Assembly: GCF_022846255.1 (NCBI RefSeq)
Contig: NZ_AP025682.1
Source: Escherichia coli
GTDB taxonomy: Bacteria; Pseudomonadota; Gammaproteobacteria; Enterobacterales; Enterobacteriaceae
Direction: 5' to 3' (one strand)
Length of the DNA: 64,000 nucleotides
Translations under genes and position numbers: made by a program
The notes under the pieces: generated by a model
What the model was told of the DNA's origin: nothing
Databases searched by the model: none
What the model saw: the letters and a program-made list of their open reading frames with translations, nothing else
Part shown: positions 49,983 to 61,715 of the stretch, in pieces
How the letters are laid out: every line of letters begins with the position of its first letter
Numbering within the stretch: position 1 is the stretch's first letter

Positions 49983-50699
49983 ATGCAGACCCCGCACATT
50001 CTTATCGTTGAAGACGAGTTGGTAACACGCAACACGTTGAAAAGTATTTTCGAAGCGGAAGGCTATGATGTTTTCGAAGCGACAGATGGCGCGGAAATGC
50101 ATCAGATCCTCTCTGAATATGACATCAACCTGGTGATCATGGATATCAATCTGCCGGGTAAAAACGGTCTTCTGTTAGCGCGTGAACTGCGCGAGCAGGC
50201 GAATGTTGCGTTGATGTTCCTGACTGGCCGTGACAACGAAGTCGATAAAATTCTCGGCCTCGAAATCGGTGCAGATGACTACATCACCAAACCGTTCAAC
50301 CCGCGTGAACTGACTATTCGTGCACGCAACCTGCTGTCCCGTACCATGAATCTGGGTACTGTCAGCGAAGAACGTCGTAGCGTTGAAAGCTACAAGTTCA
50401 ATGGTTGGGAACTGGACATCAACAGCCGTTCTTTGATCGGCCCTGATGGCGAGCAGTACAAGCTGCCGCGCAGTGAGTTCCGCGCCATGCTTCACTTCTG
50501 TGAAAACCCAGGCAAAATTCAGTCCCGTGCTGAACTGCTGAAGAAAATGACCGGCCGTGAGCTGAAACCGCACGACCGTACTGTAGACGTGACGATCCGC
50601 CGTATTCGTAAACATTTCGAATCTACGCCGGATACGCCGGAAATCATCGCCACCATTCACGGTGAAGGTTATCGCTTCTGCGGTGATCTGGAAGATTAA
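49983..50699 (+). CDS. arcA: aerobic respiration control response regulator ArcA
   Basis: 238-aa OmpR-family ORF. Confidence 0.97.
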
Positions 50700-50716
50700 T
50701 CGGCTTTACCACCGTC

Positions 50717-50746
50717 AAAAAAACGGCGCTTTTTAGCGCCGTTTTT
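50717..50746. terminator. bidirectional rho-independent terminator between arcA and creD
   Basis: aaaaaaacggcgctttttagcgccgttttt. Confidence 0.75.
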
Positions 50747-50757
50747 ATTTTTCAACC

Positions 50758-52110
50758 TTATTTCCAGATACGTAATTCATCGTCCGTTGTAACTTCTTTA
50801 CTGGCTTTCATTTTCGGCAGTGAAAACGCATACCAGTCGATATTACGGGTCACAAACATCATGCCGGCCAGCGCCACCACCAGCACACTGGTTCCCAACA
50901 ACAGCGCGCTATCGGCAGAGTTGAGCAGTCCCCACATCACACCATCCAGCAACAACAGCGCGAGGGTAAACAACATGCTATTACGCCAGCCTTTCAATAC
51001 CGCCTGCAAATAAATACCGTTCATTAACGCCCCAATCAGACTGGCGATTATCCATGCCACAGTAAAACCGGTATGTTCAGAAAGCGCCAGCAAGAGCAAA
51101 TAAAACATCACCAATGACAGCCCCACCAGCAAATATTGCATTGGGTGTAAACGTTGCGCGGTGAGCGTTTCAAAAACAAAGAATGCCATAAAAGTCAGCG
51201 CAATCAGCAGAATGGCGTACTTAGTCGCCCGGTCCGTTAATTGGTATTGATCGGCTGGCGTCGTCACTGCGACGCTAAACGCGGGGAAGTTTTCCCAGCC
51301 GGTATCATTGCCTGAAGCAAAACGCTCACCGAGATTATTAGCAAACCAGCTACTTTGCCATTGCGCCTGAAAACCTGACTCGCTAACTTCCCGTTTGGCT
51401 GGTAGAAAATCACCTAAAAAACTGGGATGCGGCCAGTTGCTGGTTAAGGTCATTTCGCTATAACGCCCGCCAGGCACCACAGAAAGATCGCCGGTACCGC
51501 TTAAATTCAGCGCCACATTCAGCTTCAGGTTCTGCTTGCGCCAGTCCCCTTCGGGTAAAGGGATATGCACGCCCTGCCCGCCTTGCTCTAACCCGGTGCC
51601 GGGTTCAATGGTCAGCGCCGTACCGTTAACTTCAGGCGCTTTCACCACACCAATACCACGCGCATCCCCGACGCTAATCACAATAAATGGCTTGCCTAAG
51701 GTGATATTTGGCGCGTCGAGTTCGCTAAGACGCGAAACATCGAAATCGGCTTTTAGCGTTAAATCACTGTGCCAGACCTGACCGGTATAGATGCCTATCT
51801 TGCGTTCTTCCACGTTCTGATTGCCATCAACCATCAATGACTCAGGTAACCAAAAATGAATAAAACTTCTTTTCCGCTCCACGGTTTTATCGTCTTCCTG
51901 CACCGTATAAAGCTCGGTCACAGGAATAGCGATGAGCGGCCCAACGAGTTTTTGCGGCCCGCTGGTACTTTGGCGAATCACATCTTCCACATCGCTACGG
52001 TAATCGGCACGTTCGACAATCACCTGCCGAATCAGCATTATCGGAATCAACAACAGCAATACTGCACCAAACAAGGTGGTCATTTTCCAGAACAGGGGGG
52101 ATTTCAACAT
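50758..52110 (-). CDS. creD: inner membrane protein CreD
   Basis: 450-aa ORF. Confidence 0.93.
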   Translation of the reverse strand: MLKSPLFWKMTTLFGAVLLLLIPIMLIRQVIVERADYRSDVEDVIRQSTSGPQKLVGPLIAIPVTELYTVQEDDKTVERKRSFIHFWLPESLMVDGNQNVEERKIGIYTGQVWHSDLTLKADFDVSRLSELDAPNITLGKPFIVISVGDARGIGVVKAPEVNGTALTIEPGTGLEQGGQGVHIPLPEGDWRKQNLKLNVALNLSGTGDLSVVPGGRYSEMTLTSNWPHPSFLGDFLPAKREVSESGFQAQWQSSWFANNLGERFASGNDTGWENFPAFSVAVTTPADQYQLTDRATKYAILLIALTFMAFFVFETLTAQRLHPMQYLLVGLSLVMFYLLLLALSEHTGFTVAWIIASLIGALMNGIYLQAVLKGWRNSMLFTLALLLLDGVMWGLLNSADSALLLGTSVLVVALAGMMFVTRNIDWYAFSLPKMKASKEVTTDDELRIWK

Positions 52111-52167
52111 AGTCTTCTCCTTTGCAATGACAGCAGGATACGAAGGCTATGTGGGAAGAATTTGAAG

Positions 52168-53592
52168 CTATGTGAAGTGACGGTGAAGTCGAAGCGAGGC
52201 CAGCACGCCACCTTCCTGCACGTTGCGCAGCGTGACTTCGCCGTTAAACAAACGGGCGACCTCACTGACAAACGCCAACCCCAAACCGCTGCTTTTTTGC
52301 CCATTTGCACGCGGCAAAGAGTAAAAGCGTTCAAAAATACGTGACAGCGCGTAGTCAGGAATCCCACTACCGGTATCCAGCACCTTAAGGGTGACGTATT
52401 CCTGATCCACTTCGGCGCTTAGCGTTATGCAACCGCTCTCGGGAGTAAAATCGATGGCGTTATCCAGTAAATTCCCCAGCGCCTGCTCCAGTAACGCCGG
52501 TTCAGAAGCAACGTTAACCTCAGTAGGCATAACATGCAAAGTGATGTTTTTTTCTGCCAACTGCACGGTGCGCGCTTCGCTGACGCGGCGAAATAATGCC
52601 GCCACATCAACAGCAGTCAGAACGACTTCCTGACGATTCTCCAGTCTTGCCTGGCGTAGTAACGTTTCCACCAGTGCCTGCATTCGCGCATTTTGCGTCA
52701 GAATGTTGTCGGTAAAACGAGCCACCACTTCCGGCGGCGGACCTTCGCGTAAAATTTCCGCCGCGCCACGAATCGCCGCCAGTGGGCTTTTTAGCTCATG
52801 AGTTAATGCGTAAACATACTGCTCAATATAGTTTTTCCCTTCCAGCTTCACGCGCATACTTTCCAGCGCCTGCGCAAGCTTACGCAGCTCGCTACTACCG
52901 AGATCGGGGAGAGGAACGGGCTTATTGTCAGTGACGGAATCAGCATAGCGAGTGAGCCGGGCAATGGAGCGGTTGATCCACCAAACCATGCCTGCGCCAA
53001 TCACCAGTGCAATCCCCAACAAAATGGCGCTGGCCCATAAAATTCGCCGCTCGCTGCGCTTAATGACCGGAGCCATCGCCGCGTTCGGTTTGCCTACGCT
53101 CAAAACGCCAATAAGCCGCGAGCCGTCCATAATCGGCGCAGCAACATACATCACAGAACTTTCGGGATCGGCAGGATTTTGCAACGTGCTGCGCGCACCA
53201 TACTGACCACGCAACGTTAGCCAGACGTCATTCCAGCGCGAATAATCCTGTCCAACGGCTTTATTTGCCGAATCGAACAATACTTTGCCCTGCGCATCGG
53301 TCATATAGACATGATATTCATTGCGCACTTTGTTAATGCCACCGATATTGGCGCGAAACGGGCGATGTTGTAGCTGATTAAACGCCTGCGCCAGTTGCCC
53401 ATGCGTTGGGTCCCCAGAGAGCAAATCGGGACGCGCCAGCTCCGCCAGCAACGTTGCGGTGTCGATCAACGTCCCCTCCGTTGCTCTTCGCACGCCCGGT
53501 TTAACTTCTTTGACAAAAATGGCCAGTACGAACCAGGCTGCCACCGCCACCAGTAAAAAATAGCCCAGCAACAACCGCATGCCGATACGCAT
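52168..53592 (-). CDS. creC: sensor histidine kinase CreC
   Basis: 474-aa ORF with HisKA and ATPase motifs. Confidence 0.95.
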   Translation of the reverse strand: MRIGMRLLLGYFLLVAVAAWFVLAIFVKEVKPGVRRATEGTLIDTATLLAELARPDLLSGDPTHGQLAQAFNQLQHRPFRANIGGINKVRNEYHVYMTDAQGKVLFDSANKAVGQDYSRWNDVWLTLRGQYGARSTLQNPADPESSVMYVAAPIMDGSRLIGVLSVGKPNAAMAPVIKRSERRILWASAILLGIALVIGAGMVWWINRSIARLTRYADSVTDNKPVPLPDLGSSELRKLAQALESMRVKLEGKNYIEQYVYALTHELKSPLAAIRGAAEILREGPPPEVVARFTDNILTQNARMQALVETLLRQARLENRQEVVLTAVDVAALFRRVSEARTVQLAEKNITLHVMPTEVNVASEPALLEQALGNLLDNAIDFTPESGCITLSAEVDQEYVTLKVLDTGSGIPDYALSRIFERFYSLPRANGQKSSGLGLAFVSEVARLFNGEVTLRNVQEGGVLASLRLHRHFT

Positions 53593-54281
53593 TACAGGCC
53601 CCTCAGGCTATATCCCATGCCGCGATGAGTATTAATCGGTGAAAGATCGGGGTTGATGGCGCGCAGCTTGGCACGCAGCGTTTTAATGTGGGTATCGACG
53701 GTGCGATCGTAGGTGTCCTGCGCATCTTCCCATACGCTATCCATCAGTTGCTGGCGGGACCAGACGCGGCCCGGTGACTTGAGTAACGTCTTCAACAATA
53801 AAAACTCATACCGCGTCAGCGCTAATGGCGTGTCAAACCAGCTGATCTGCGCCGCGGGTTCATTCAATTCAAAATGTCCAATACGGATGACGGGAGACGG
53901 CGTCGAGAACTTCTTCACCCGACGCAGTAAGGTGCGCACTCTGGCGCACACTTCGCGAGGTGAAAACGGTTTAGCCACGTAGTCGTCAGCGCCAATTTCC
54001 AGCCCAAGCAGGCGATCGACCTCTTCACTTCGGGCCGTCAGGAACAGTACAGGTAACGCCGGATGGAGCGCCAGTAACTGGCGGCACAATTCAAAGCCGC
54101 TGATATCAGGCAAACCAACATCGAGAATCATGACATCGGGAACCTGCTGGCGAGCTTTATCCAGCACTGGCAAGCCTCGCTCAAAGACCTCGACGTCAAA
54201 ACCTTCCTGTTGCAACATGTAGACCAGCGTATCGGCTATCCCTTGCTCGTCTTCGACTAACCAGACCGTTTCCCGTTGCAT
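53592..54281 (-). CDS. creB: response regulator CreB
   Basis: 229-aa OmpR-family ORF; 1-nt overlap with creC. Confidence 0.95.
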   Translation of the reverse strand: MQRETVWLVEDEQGIADTLVYMLQQEGFDVEVFERGLPVLDKARQQVPDVMILDVGLPDISGFELCRQLLALHPALPVLFLTARSEEVDRLLGLEIGADDYVAKPFSPREVCARVRTLLRRVKKFSTPSPVIRIGHFELNEPAAQISWFDTPLALTRYEFLLLKTLLKSPGRVWSRQQLMDSVWEDAQDTYDRTVDTHIKTLRAKLRAINPDLSPINTHRGMGYSLRGL

Positions 54282-54293
54282 AAATCGCCTCTG

Positions 54294-54767
54294 TTATTGC
54301 CGCCACGGCATGACAGGAACCGCGCTAATCGCGTTTTTCGGCGAACCTTCTACAACTTTGTCGGAGTAAGCCAGATAAGCGAGCGCGTTGCGTTTAGCGT
54401 CATAAAAGCGCACGACCTGTAACGACTTAAAGACCAGGGACGTGCGTTTTTTGAATACTACCTCGCCCTGAGCTTTGCCGTTTTTAATACGATCCGACAG
54501 TTCAATCGGCCCGACTTGTTGACAAGAAATGGCCGCATCGGAGGTATCTTCTGCCAGGCCCAATCCCCCTTTAATACCACCGGTTTTCGCCCGGCTCACA
54601 TAACAGGTGACATTTTTCACATCGGGATCGTCAAAGGCTTCAACAACAATTTTGTGATCCGGGCCGATCATTTTAAATACGGTGTCGACCGAACCAATCT
54701 CTTCTGCATGAGCCAATGGCCCCAGCATTATCAGGCTTAAAGACAGGATTAAATGCTTGTATTTCAT
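54294..54767 (-). CDS. creA: periplasmic protein CreA
   Basis: 157-aa ORF with signal peptide. Confidence 0.93.
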
Positions 54768-54977
54768 ATCGTTACCATTTTTATCTATTACACGAGCAAT
54801 TAGTTCGTCACGGTAAATAACATATTGATTAAGAACAAAATCTCAATACTTTTATTTCCGTCAAGACCTAAAACATACTCGACTAAGAAAAAAACACTGA
54901 ATGCTAAAACAGCAAAAAATGCTATTATCCAATTACCTGATGTCAGGTGCTCGTTGTTGAAAGGATGAGGATATTTT

Positions 54978-55847
54978 ATGGATCAGGCCGGCATTATTCG
55001 CGACCTTTTAATCTGGCTGGAAGGTCATCTGGATCATCCCCTGTCGCTCGACAATGTAGCGGCGAAAGCAGGTTATTCCAAGTGGCACTTACAGAGAATG
55101 TTTAAAGATGTCACTGGCCATGCTATTGGCGCGTATATTCGTGCTCGTCGTTTGTCGAAATCGGCGGTCGCACTACGCCTGACTGCGCGTCCGATTCTGG
55201 ACATCGCGCTGCAATACCGCTTCGACTCTCAACAGACATTTACCCGCGCTTTCAAGAAGCAGTTTGCCCAGACTCCTGCACTTTACCGCCGTTCTCCTGA
55301 ATGGAGCGCCTTTGGTATTCGCCCGCCGCTACGTCTGGGTGAATTCACTATGCCAGAGCACAAATTTGTCACTCTGGAAGATACGCCGCTGATTGGTGTT
55401 ACCCAGAGCTACTCCTGTTCGCTGGAGCAAATCTCTGATTTCCGCCATGAAATGCGCTACCAGTTCTGGCACGATTTTCTCGGCAACTCGCCAACCATTC
55501 CACCAGTGCTTTACGGTTTGAACGAAACACGTCCGAGCCAGGATAAAGACGACGAACAAGAGGTGTTCTACACCACCGCGTTAGCTCAGGATCAGGCAGA
55601 TGGCTATGTACTGACTGGGCATCCGGTGATGTTGCAGGGCGGCGAATATGTGATGTTTACCTATGAAGGTCTGGGAACCGGCGTGCAGGAGTTTATCCTG
55701 ACGGTATACGGAACGTGCATGCCAATGCTTAACTTGACGCGCCGTAAAGGTCAGGATATTGAGCGATACTACCCGGCAGAAGATGCCAAAGCGGGAGATC
55801 GCCCAATTAATCTGCGCTGTGAACTGCTGATTCCGATCCGTCGTTAA
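54978..55847 (+). CDS. rob: AraC/XylS-family right-origin-binding protein Rob
   Basis: 289-aa ORF. Confidence 0.95.
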   Translation: MDQAGIIRDLLIWLEGHLDHPLSLDNVAAKAGYSKWHLQRMFKDVTGHAIGAYIRARRLSKSAVALRLTARPILDIALQYRFDSQQTFTRAFKKQFAQTPALYRRSPEWSAFGIRPPLRLGEFTMPEHKFVTLEDTPLIGVTQSYSCSLEQISDFRHEMRYQFWHDFLGNSPTIPPVLYGLNETRPSQDKDDEQEVFYTTALAQDQADGYVLTGHPVMLQGGEYVMFTYEGLGTGVQEFILTVYGTCMPMLNLTRRKGQDIERYYPAEDAKAGDRPINLRCELLIPIRR

Positions 55848-56491
55848 CGCTGCAGCTCATCTAATGCAGGGGCGTCCAGATGCGAGATGTCCCCTGCGGT
55901 TTCAACCACCCAGCCAGACGCCAGCCACAAGCTTTCCTGATAATCCACGCGCGAAATAGAACAGTTACGCAGACGTAAGCGGCGCTCTGCCCATGCTGGT
56001 AATCCGAGAATCGTACTCACCAGGCATCCCAGTGCAATACCATGGCTCACCAGTAGCGGTCGGCTTCCCTGCGGTAAGTCCCGGCAAGATTCCAGTGCCG
56101 CATTAACGCGATCGCTGAGCTCCTGCATTGACTCACCTTCAGGAATACGCCCGTCAACGGTGCCATTGACCAGTTGCCGACGCCAGTTCTCTTCTTCTTC
56201 GGTGAGTGAATCGATATTTCTTGTTTCCAGTACACCCATATTTAATTCACGCAGGCGAGAATCAAAGATGATGTCACAACCGCAGGCCTGGGCGATGATT
56301 TCCGCCGTGCGCCGGGTGCGTCCTAAATCGCTACTGATGATATGCGTAATGCCAAGCTCTTTGGCACGGGTTGCCACCTGCATCGCCTGTTGCTCACCTT
56401 TGGCGGTCAGCGGGCTGTCAGACTGGCCCTGAATACGTCGCTCGGCGTTCCACTGCGTTTCACCGTGGCGGACTAGGTATACCTGTAACAT
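55844..56491 (-). CDS. gpmB: phosphoglycerate mutase family protein GpmB
   Basis: 215-aa ORF with RHGE histidine phosphatase motif; convergent 4-nt overlap with rob. Confidence 0.95.
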   Translation of the reverse strand: MLQVYLVRHGETQWNAERRIQGQSDSPLTAKGEQQAMQVATRAKELGITHIISSDLGRTRRTAEIIAQACGCDIIFDSRLRELNMGVLETRNIDSLTEEEENWRRQLVNGTVDGRIPEGESMQELSDRVNAALESCRDLPQGSRPLLVSHGIALGCLVSTILGLPAWAERRLRLRNCSISRVDYQESLWLASGWVVETAGDISHLDAPALDELQR

Positions 56492-56530
56492 GCTTTTTTT
56501 CCGTATACTGCTGTAACGTTAATTTTCTGA

Positions 56531-57070
<540 letters not shown>

Positions 57071-57140
57071 TTAGGCGTTCACGCCGCATCCGGCATTCGG
57101 TGCACGATGCCTGATGCGCCATGTCCTATCAGGCCTACAA
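57071..57140. repeat. REP-type palindromic intergenic repeat
   Basis: cgccgcatccggca...gcctgatgcgcc...atcaggcctac between yjjX and trpR. Confidence 0.55.
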
Positions 57141-57142
57141 AA

Positions 57143-57484
<342 letters not shown>

Positions 57485-57558
57485 TTAGCGGGGGAAGCAA
57501 AATGCCTCCCCCGGTTGTACTCGCTAAAGAGTACGATAGCATATCATAAACGTGTGGA

Positions 57559-59496
57559 TCAGTAACGACGTCCCCATTCCGTGGCGCTCATCAACGTCGG
57601 TTTATCCCCCATGAAATAGCGGTAGTAAGCGTCATAAGCCAGCACGTTTTTCACATAACCGCGCGTCTCGGAGAATGGAATACTCTCGACAAATGCCACT
57701 GCGTCGATACGCCCTGCGCTGTTGCCAAGCCAGGTCCGCACCCGCCCTGGTCCGGCGTTATAAGCTGCTGAGGAGAAAATACGGTTATTGCCAAACTGCT
57801 GATAAACATATTGCAGGTAACTGGTGCCAATGTTGATGTTCGTTTCCGGATCCAGCAATTGCCCAGGGCTGCTATAACCGGGAATAGAGAACATCTTCAC
57901 CGTATGGGTCGCGGTACCAGGCATAATCTGCATCAGGCCGCTGGCCCCTACCGGTGATTTCACTTTTGGATTCCAGGCACTCTCCTGACGGGCAATCGCC
58001 ATCGCATAGCTTTGCGGGATCTCCTTACCACTGGTGTAGCGTTTGAAAAGATCGTTGTAAGCCAGCGGGAATCGCTCTTCCAGATGATCCCACAGCTTCC
58101 CGGCGATCGTTGCCTGAACGCTAAGATCCCACCATTGGTTATTGAAAGCATACCGAGCCAGTTGAGCCTGCTCTGTTTTTGACTTGCTCTTCACCAGATT
58201 GGCCCACTCGCTACGCGCGGTGTTATCGAGATTCCAGTACATCAACTCGCGCACGCGCGCCATCTCCGGCCCCTGAGTCAGGGCGCTGTCAACATTCTGC
58301 GGCGCTTTATCAATCTTCAGCTCATACTCTTCGCCGATGCGTTGTGCAGCAACCATCGGGTAGAAACCACGCTGTTGCATGAGTTGATGCAAAATCTCTT
58401 TTGCTTCAGCTTCACGTCCGCGTTCCAGCAATAAATCCGCCTGCCAGTAACGCCATTCATCTTTCTCTTTCGCTTCCATAGGCAGACGCGCCAGCCAGGT
58501 ATTCAGGCCGCGACGATCGCCGGTGCCAAGCGCCATTCGCACACGGCGTTCAATAAGCGAAGTAGATTGCGAGCGCATAATCGCGTCATCGCGCCATTTC
58601 GCCTGCTCGTCGGTGACATCGTTGCCCATCAAACGCCAGGCGACAATATCGCGCAGCTCCTGAATCTGATCTTCATTAAGCTGCTGTGCCTGAGCAAGCG
58701 ACGGGATCATCAGCCGTGCATTTTCAGCATCCTGCCGCGCCACACTGGCAAACGCCACCGCCGCCATTTGACGGGTAAAATCGGTCGCGCCGGTTGTACG
58801 CGCGAAGGTCAGTACCGTATTAGGGTTGTTCGCCAGTGAAATGATTGCCGAAGCGATAGTCTGGTAATCGGCAGGCATCTGCCCTGCCAGCACTGTTACC
58901 AGGCCGGTGTTACCCGCTTTCATCGCCAGACGGATACGCTCTAAATACGCCAGCGGATCTTGTTTACCTGACGCACGCCAGACGCTAAATAACTTGTCAC
59001 AGGCGTTAGGCTGGCTCTTGCCGGTTAGCCACAGCTCTTTCGCCCCTTGCCAGGCTTCTTCACTCTGCCCGGTGTTCCATTTCGCATAGTAGTAATTACA
59101 TTGCGCTTCGGTAGTTCCGGGCTTTTCCGGGCTAAAGGCTAACAAGCCACGCCAGTCTTCACGCCGCGCCAGTTCATTGACGAAACGAGATTGCAGCGTG
59201 CGAGCGGGAGGAAGCGTGGGGTTAGCGCGAACAAAGTTAGTGACCGTCACCGCCGGTTGATTCATCAGGTCATCAGTGATCTGGCGGTATTCCAGGTAGG
59301 GATAAAGTGGGTAATCTTTCAGTCCAGGCATCATTTGTTCGACCACATCCATTTGTCGATTATCCCAGGCCTGCTTAATTTGCGCGTAACGGCTACGCTG
59401 CTCATCCAGTGAGTCGGCTCGCGCCACGCTGCTGACCGTCAGCAGACAGACACCGGCAGCCAACAGCCGCCAGGTAACGTGTTTGGCTTTTTCCAC
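57559..59496 (-). CDS. slt: soluble lytic murein transglycosylase Slt70
   Basis: ORF 57559..59526; GTG start assumed at VEKAKHVTW (645 aa); signal peptide. Confidence 0.9.
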   Translation of the reverse strand: MEKAKHVTWRLLAAGVCLLTVSSVARADSLDEQRSRYAQIKQAWDNRQMDVVEQMMPGLKDYPLYPYLEYRQITDDLMNQPAVTVTNFVRANPTLPPARTLQSRFVNELARREDWRGLLAFSPEKPGTTEAQCNYYYAKWNTGQSEEAWQGAKELWLTGKSQPNACDKLFSVWRASGKQDPLAYLERIRLAMKAGNTGLVTVLAGQMPADYQTIASAIISLANNPNTVLTFARTTGATDFTRQMAAVAFASVARQDAENARLMIPSLAQAQQLNEDQIQELRDIVAWRLMGNDVTDEQAKWRDDAIMRSQSTSLIERRVRMALGTGDRRGLNTWLARLPMEAKEKDEWRYWQADLLLERGREAEAKEILHQLMQQRGFYPMVAAQRIGEEYELKIDKAPQNVDSALTQGPEMARVRELMYWNLDNTARSEWANLVKSKSKTEQAQLARYAFNNQWWDLSVQATIAGKLWDHLEERFPLAYNDLFKRYTSGKEIPQSYAMAIARQESAWNPKVKSPVGASGLMQIMPGTATHTVKMFSIPGYSSPGQLLDPETNINIGTSYLQYVYQQFGNNRIFSSAAYNAGPGRVRTWLGNSAGRIDAVAFVESIPFSETRGYVKNVLAYDAYYRYFMGDKPTLMSATEWGRRY

Positions 59497-59706
59497 AAGC
59501 GCATCCTCTAAGTGTAAATACATCAATGCAGCGTCATGCCACGTAATAGATTTATGCTAACCAGTCATTGCCGTTTACGCCACGTTACGGACACTTTTTT
59601 ACTTTTACTGCGAGGGTGATCGACCGGCTGGGATTAGATAAGGAAACAGGCTACACTTCGCCTTTGAAAACTCATCATCACGATAAACATAGAGGCGAAG
59701 TCCAAC

Positions 59707-61374
59707 GTGGCTCAATTCGTTTATACCATGCATCGTGTCGGCAAAGTTGTTCCGCCGAAACGTCATATTTTGAAAAACATCTCTCTGAGTTTCTTCCCTG
59801 GGGCAAAAATTGGTGTCCTGGGTCTGAACGGCGCGGGTAAGTCCACCCTGCTGCGCATTATGGCGGGCATTGATAAAGACATCGAAGGCGAAGCGCGTCC
59901 GCAACCGGATATCAAGATTGGTTATCTGCCGCAGGAACCGCAGCTGAACCCGGAACACACCGTGCGTGAGTCCATTGAAGAAGCGGTTTCTGAAGTGGTT
60001 AACGCCCTGAAACGCCTGGATGAAGTGTATGCGCTGTACGCCGATCCGGATGCCGATTTTGACAAGCTGGCCGCTGAACAAGGCCGTCTGGAAGAGATCA
60101 TTCAGGCTCACGACGGTCACAACCTGAACGTTCAGCTGGAGCGTGCGGCGGATGCGCTGCGTCTGCCGGACTGGGACGCGAAAATCGCTAACCTCTCCGG
60201 TGGTGAGCGTCGTCGCGTGGCGTTGTGCCGCCTGCTGCTGGAAAAACCAGACATGCTGCTGCTCGACGAACCGACCAACCACCTGGATGCCGAATCCGTG
60301 GCCTGGCTGGAACGCTTCCTGCACGACTTCGAAGGCACCGTTGTGGCGATTACCCACGACCGTTACTTCCTTGATAACGTTGCAGGCTGGATCCTCGAAC
60401 TGGACCGCGGTGAAGGTATTCCGTGGGAAGGTAACTACTCCTCCTGGCTGGAGCAGAAAGATCAACGTCTGGCGCAGGAAGCTTCACAAGAAGCTGCGCG
60501 TCGTAAGTCGATTGAGAAAGAGCTGGAGTGGGTACGTCAGGGAACTAAAGGCCGCCAGTCGAAAGGTAAAGCACGTCTGGCGCGTTTTGAAGAGCTGAAC
60601 AGCACCGAATATCAGAAACGTAACGAAACCAACGAACTGTTTATTCCACCTGGACCGCGTCTTGGCGATAAAGTGCTGGAAGTCAGCAACCTGCGTAAAT
60701 CCTATGGTGATCGTCTGCTGATTGACTCCCTGAGCTTCTCGATCCCGAAAGGAGCGATCGTCGGGATCATCGGTCCGAACGGTGCGGGTAAATCGACACT
60801 GTTCCGTATGATCTCTGGTCAGGAACAGCCGGACAGCGGCACCATCACTTTGGGTGAAACGGTGAAACTGGCGTCGGTTGATCAGTTCCGTGACTCAATG
60901 GATAACAGCAAAACCGTTTGGGAAGAAGTTTCCGGCGGGCTGGATATCATGAAGATCGGCAACACCGAGATGCCAAGCCGCGCCTACGTTGGCCGCTTTA
61001 ACTTTAAAGGGGTTGATCAGGGTAAACGCGTTGGCGAACTCTCCGGCGGTGAGCGCGGTCGTCTGCATCTGGCGAAGCTGCTGCAGGTTGGCGGCAACAT
61101 GCTGCTGCTCGACGAACCAACCAACGACCTGGATATCGAAACCCTGCGCGCACTGGAAAACGCCCTGCTGGAGTTCCCGGGCTGCGCGATGGTTATCTCG
61201 CACGACCGTTGGTTCCTCGACCGTATCGCCACCCACATTCTGGATTACCAGGATGAAGGTAAAGTTGAGTTCTTCGAAGGTAACTTTACCGAGTACGAAG
61301 AGTACAAGAAACGCACGCTGGGCGCAGACGCGCTGGAGCCGAAGCGTATCAAGTACAAGCGTATTGCGAAGTAA
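59707..61374 (+). CDS. ettA: energy-dependent translational throttle ABC-F protein EttA (YjjK)
   Basis: 555-aa ORF with two ABC cassettes (Walker A GLNGAGKST and GPNGAGKST). Confidence 0.96.
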   Translation: MAQFVYTMHRVGKVVPPKRHILKNISLSFFPGAKIGVLGLNGAGKSTLLRIMAGIDKDIEGEARPQPDIKIGYLPQEPQLNPEHTVRESIEEAVSEVVNALKRLDEVYALYADPDADFDKLAAEQGRLEEIIQAHDGHNLNVQLERAADALRLPDWDAKIANLSGGERRRVALCRLLLEKPDMLLLDEPTNHLDAESVAWLERFLHDFEGTVVAITHDRYFLDNVAGWILELDRGEGIPWEGNYSSWLEQKDQRLAQEASQEAARRKSIEKELEWVRQGTKGRQSKGKARLARFEELNSTEYQKRNETNELFIPPGPRLGDKVLEVSNLRKSYGDRLLIDSLSFSIPKGAIVGIIGPNGAGKSTLFRMISGQEQPDSGTITLGETVKLASVDQFRDSMDNSKTVWEEVSGGLDIMKIGNTEMPSRAYVGRFNFKGVDQGKRVGELSGGERGRLHLAKLLQVGGNMLLLDEPTNDLDIETLRALENALLEFPGCAMVISHDRWFLDRIATHILDYQDEGKVEFFEGNFTEYEEYKKRTLGADALEPKRIKYKRIAK

Positions 61375-61377
61375 TGC

Positions 61378-61420
61378 GTAAAATGCCGGATGCGGCGCAC
61401 CAGCATCGCATCCGGTATTA
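61378..61420. repeat. REP-like palindrome downstream of ettA
   Basis: gccggatgcggcgcaccagcatcgcatccggt inverted repeat. Confidence 0.5.
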
Positions 61421-61429
61421 GTTAAATGA

Positions 61430-61714
61430 TTAATGGGAAGCAAGTTCCCGGAAAAAGGCAGGATTTTCTTTAATTGTGGCAAGTACTTTTGCAGCCAATC
61501 CCGTAGGATTTCTTCGCTTCGATTCCCAGCTTTTAATGGTATCCACACTGGTTCCCAGAGCTTTTGCCATCTCACTTTGAGAAACGTTGAGTTGCTCACG
61601 AATAGCTTTAACATCCGCAATTTCGTAGCGGGTCACCCGTGCAGGTTCTTTTAAACCTTGTTTAATCTCGACAGCCTCTTCCAGAGAGGTTTTCAACTCA
61701 TCAAAAAAACTCAT
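61430..61714 (-). CDS. HTH (XRE-like) antitoxin of a type II toxin-antitoxin pair (HigA-like)
   Basis: 94-aa ORF; start 1 nt after the toxin stop; helix-turn-helix-like segment LNVSQSEMAKALGTSVDTIKSWE. Confidence 0.7.
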   Translation of the reverse strand: MSFFDELKTSLEEAVEIKQGLKEPARVTRYEIADVKAIREQLNVSQSEMAKALGTSVDTIKSWESKRRNPTGLAAKVLATIKENPAFFRELASH

Positions 61715-61715
61715 T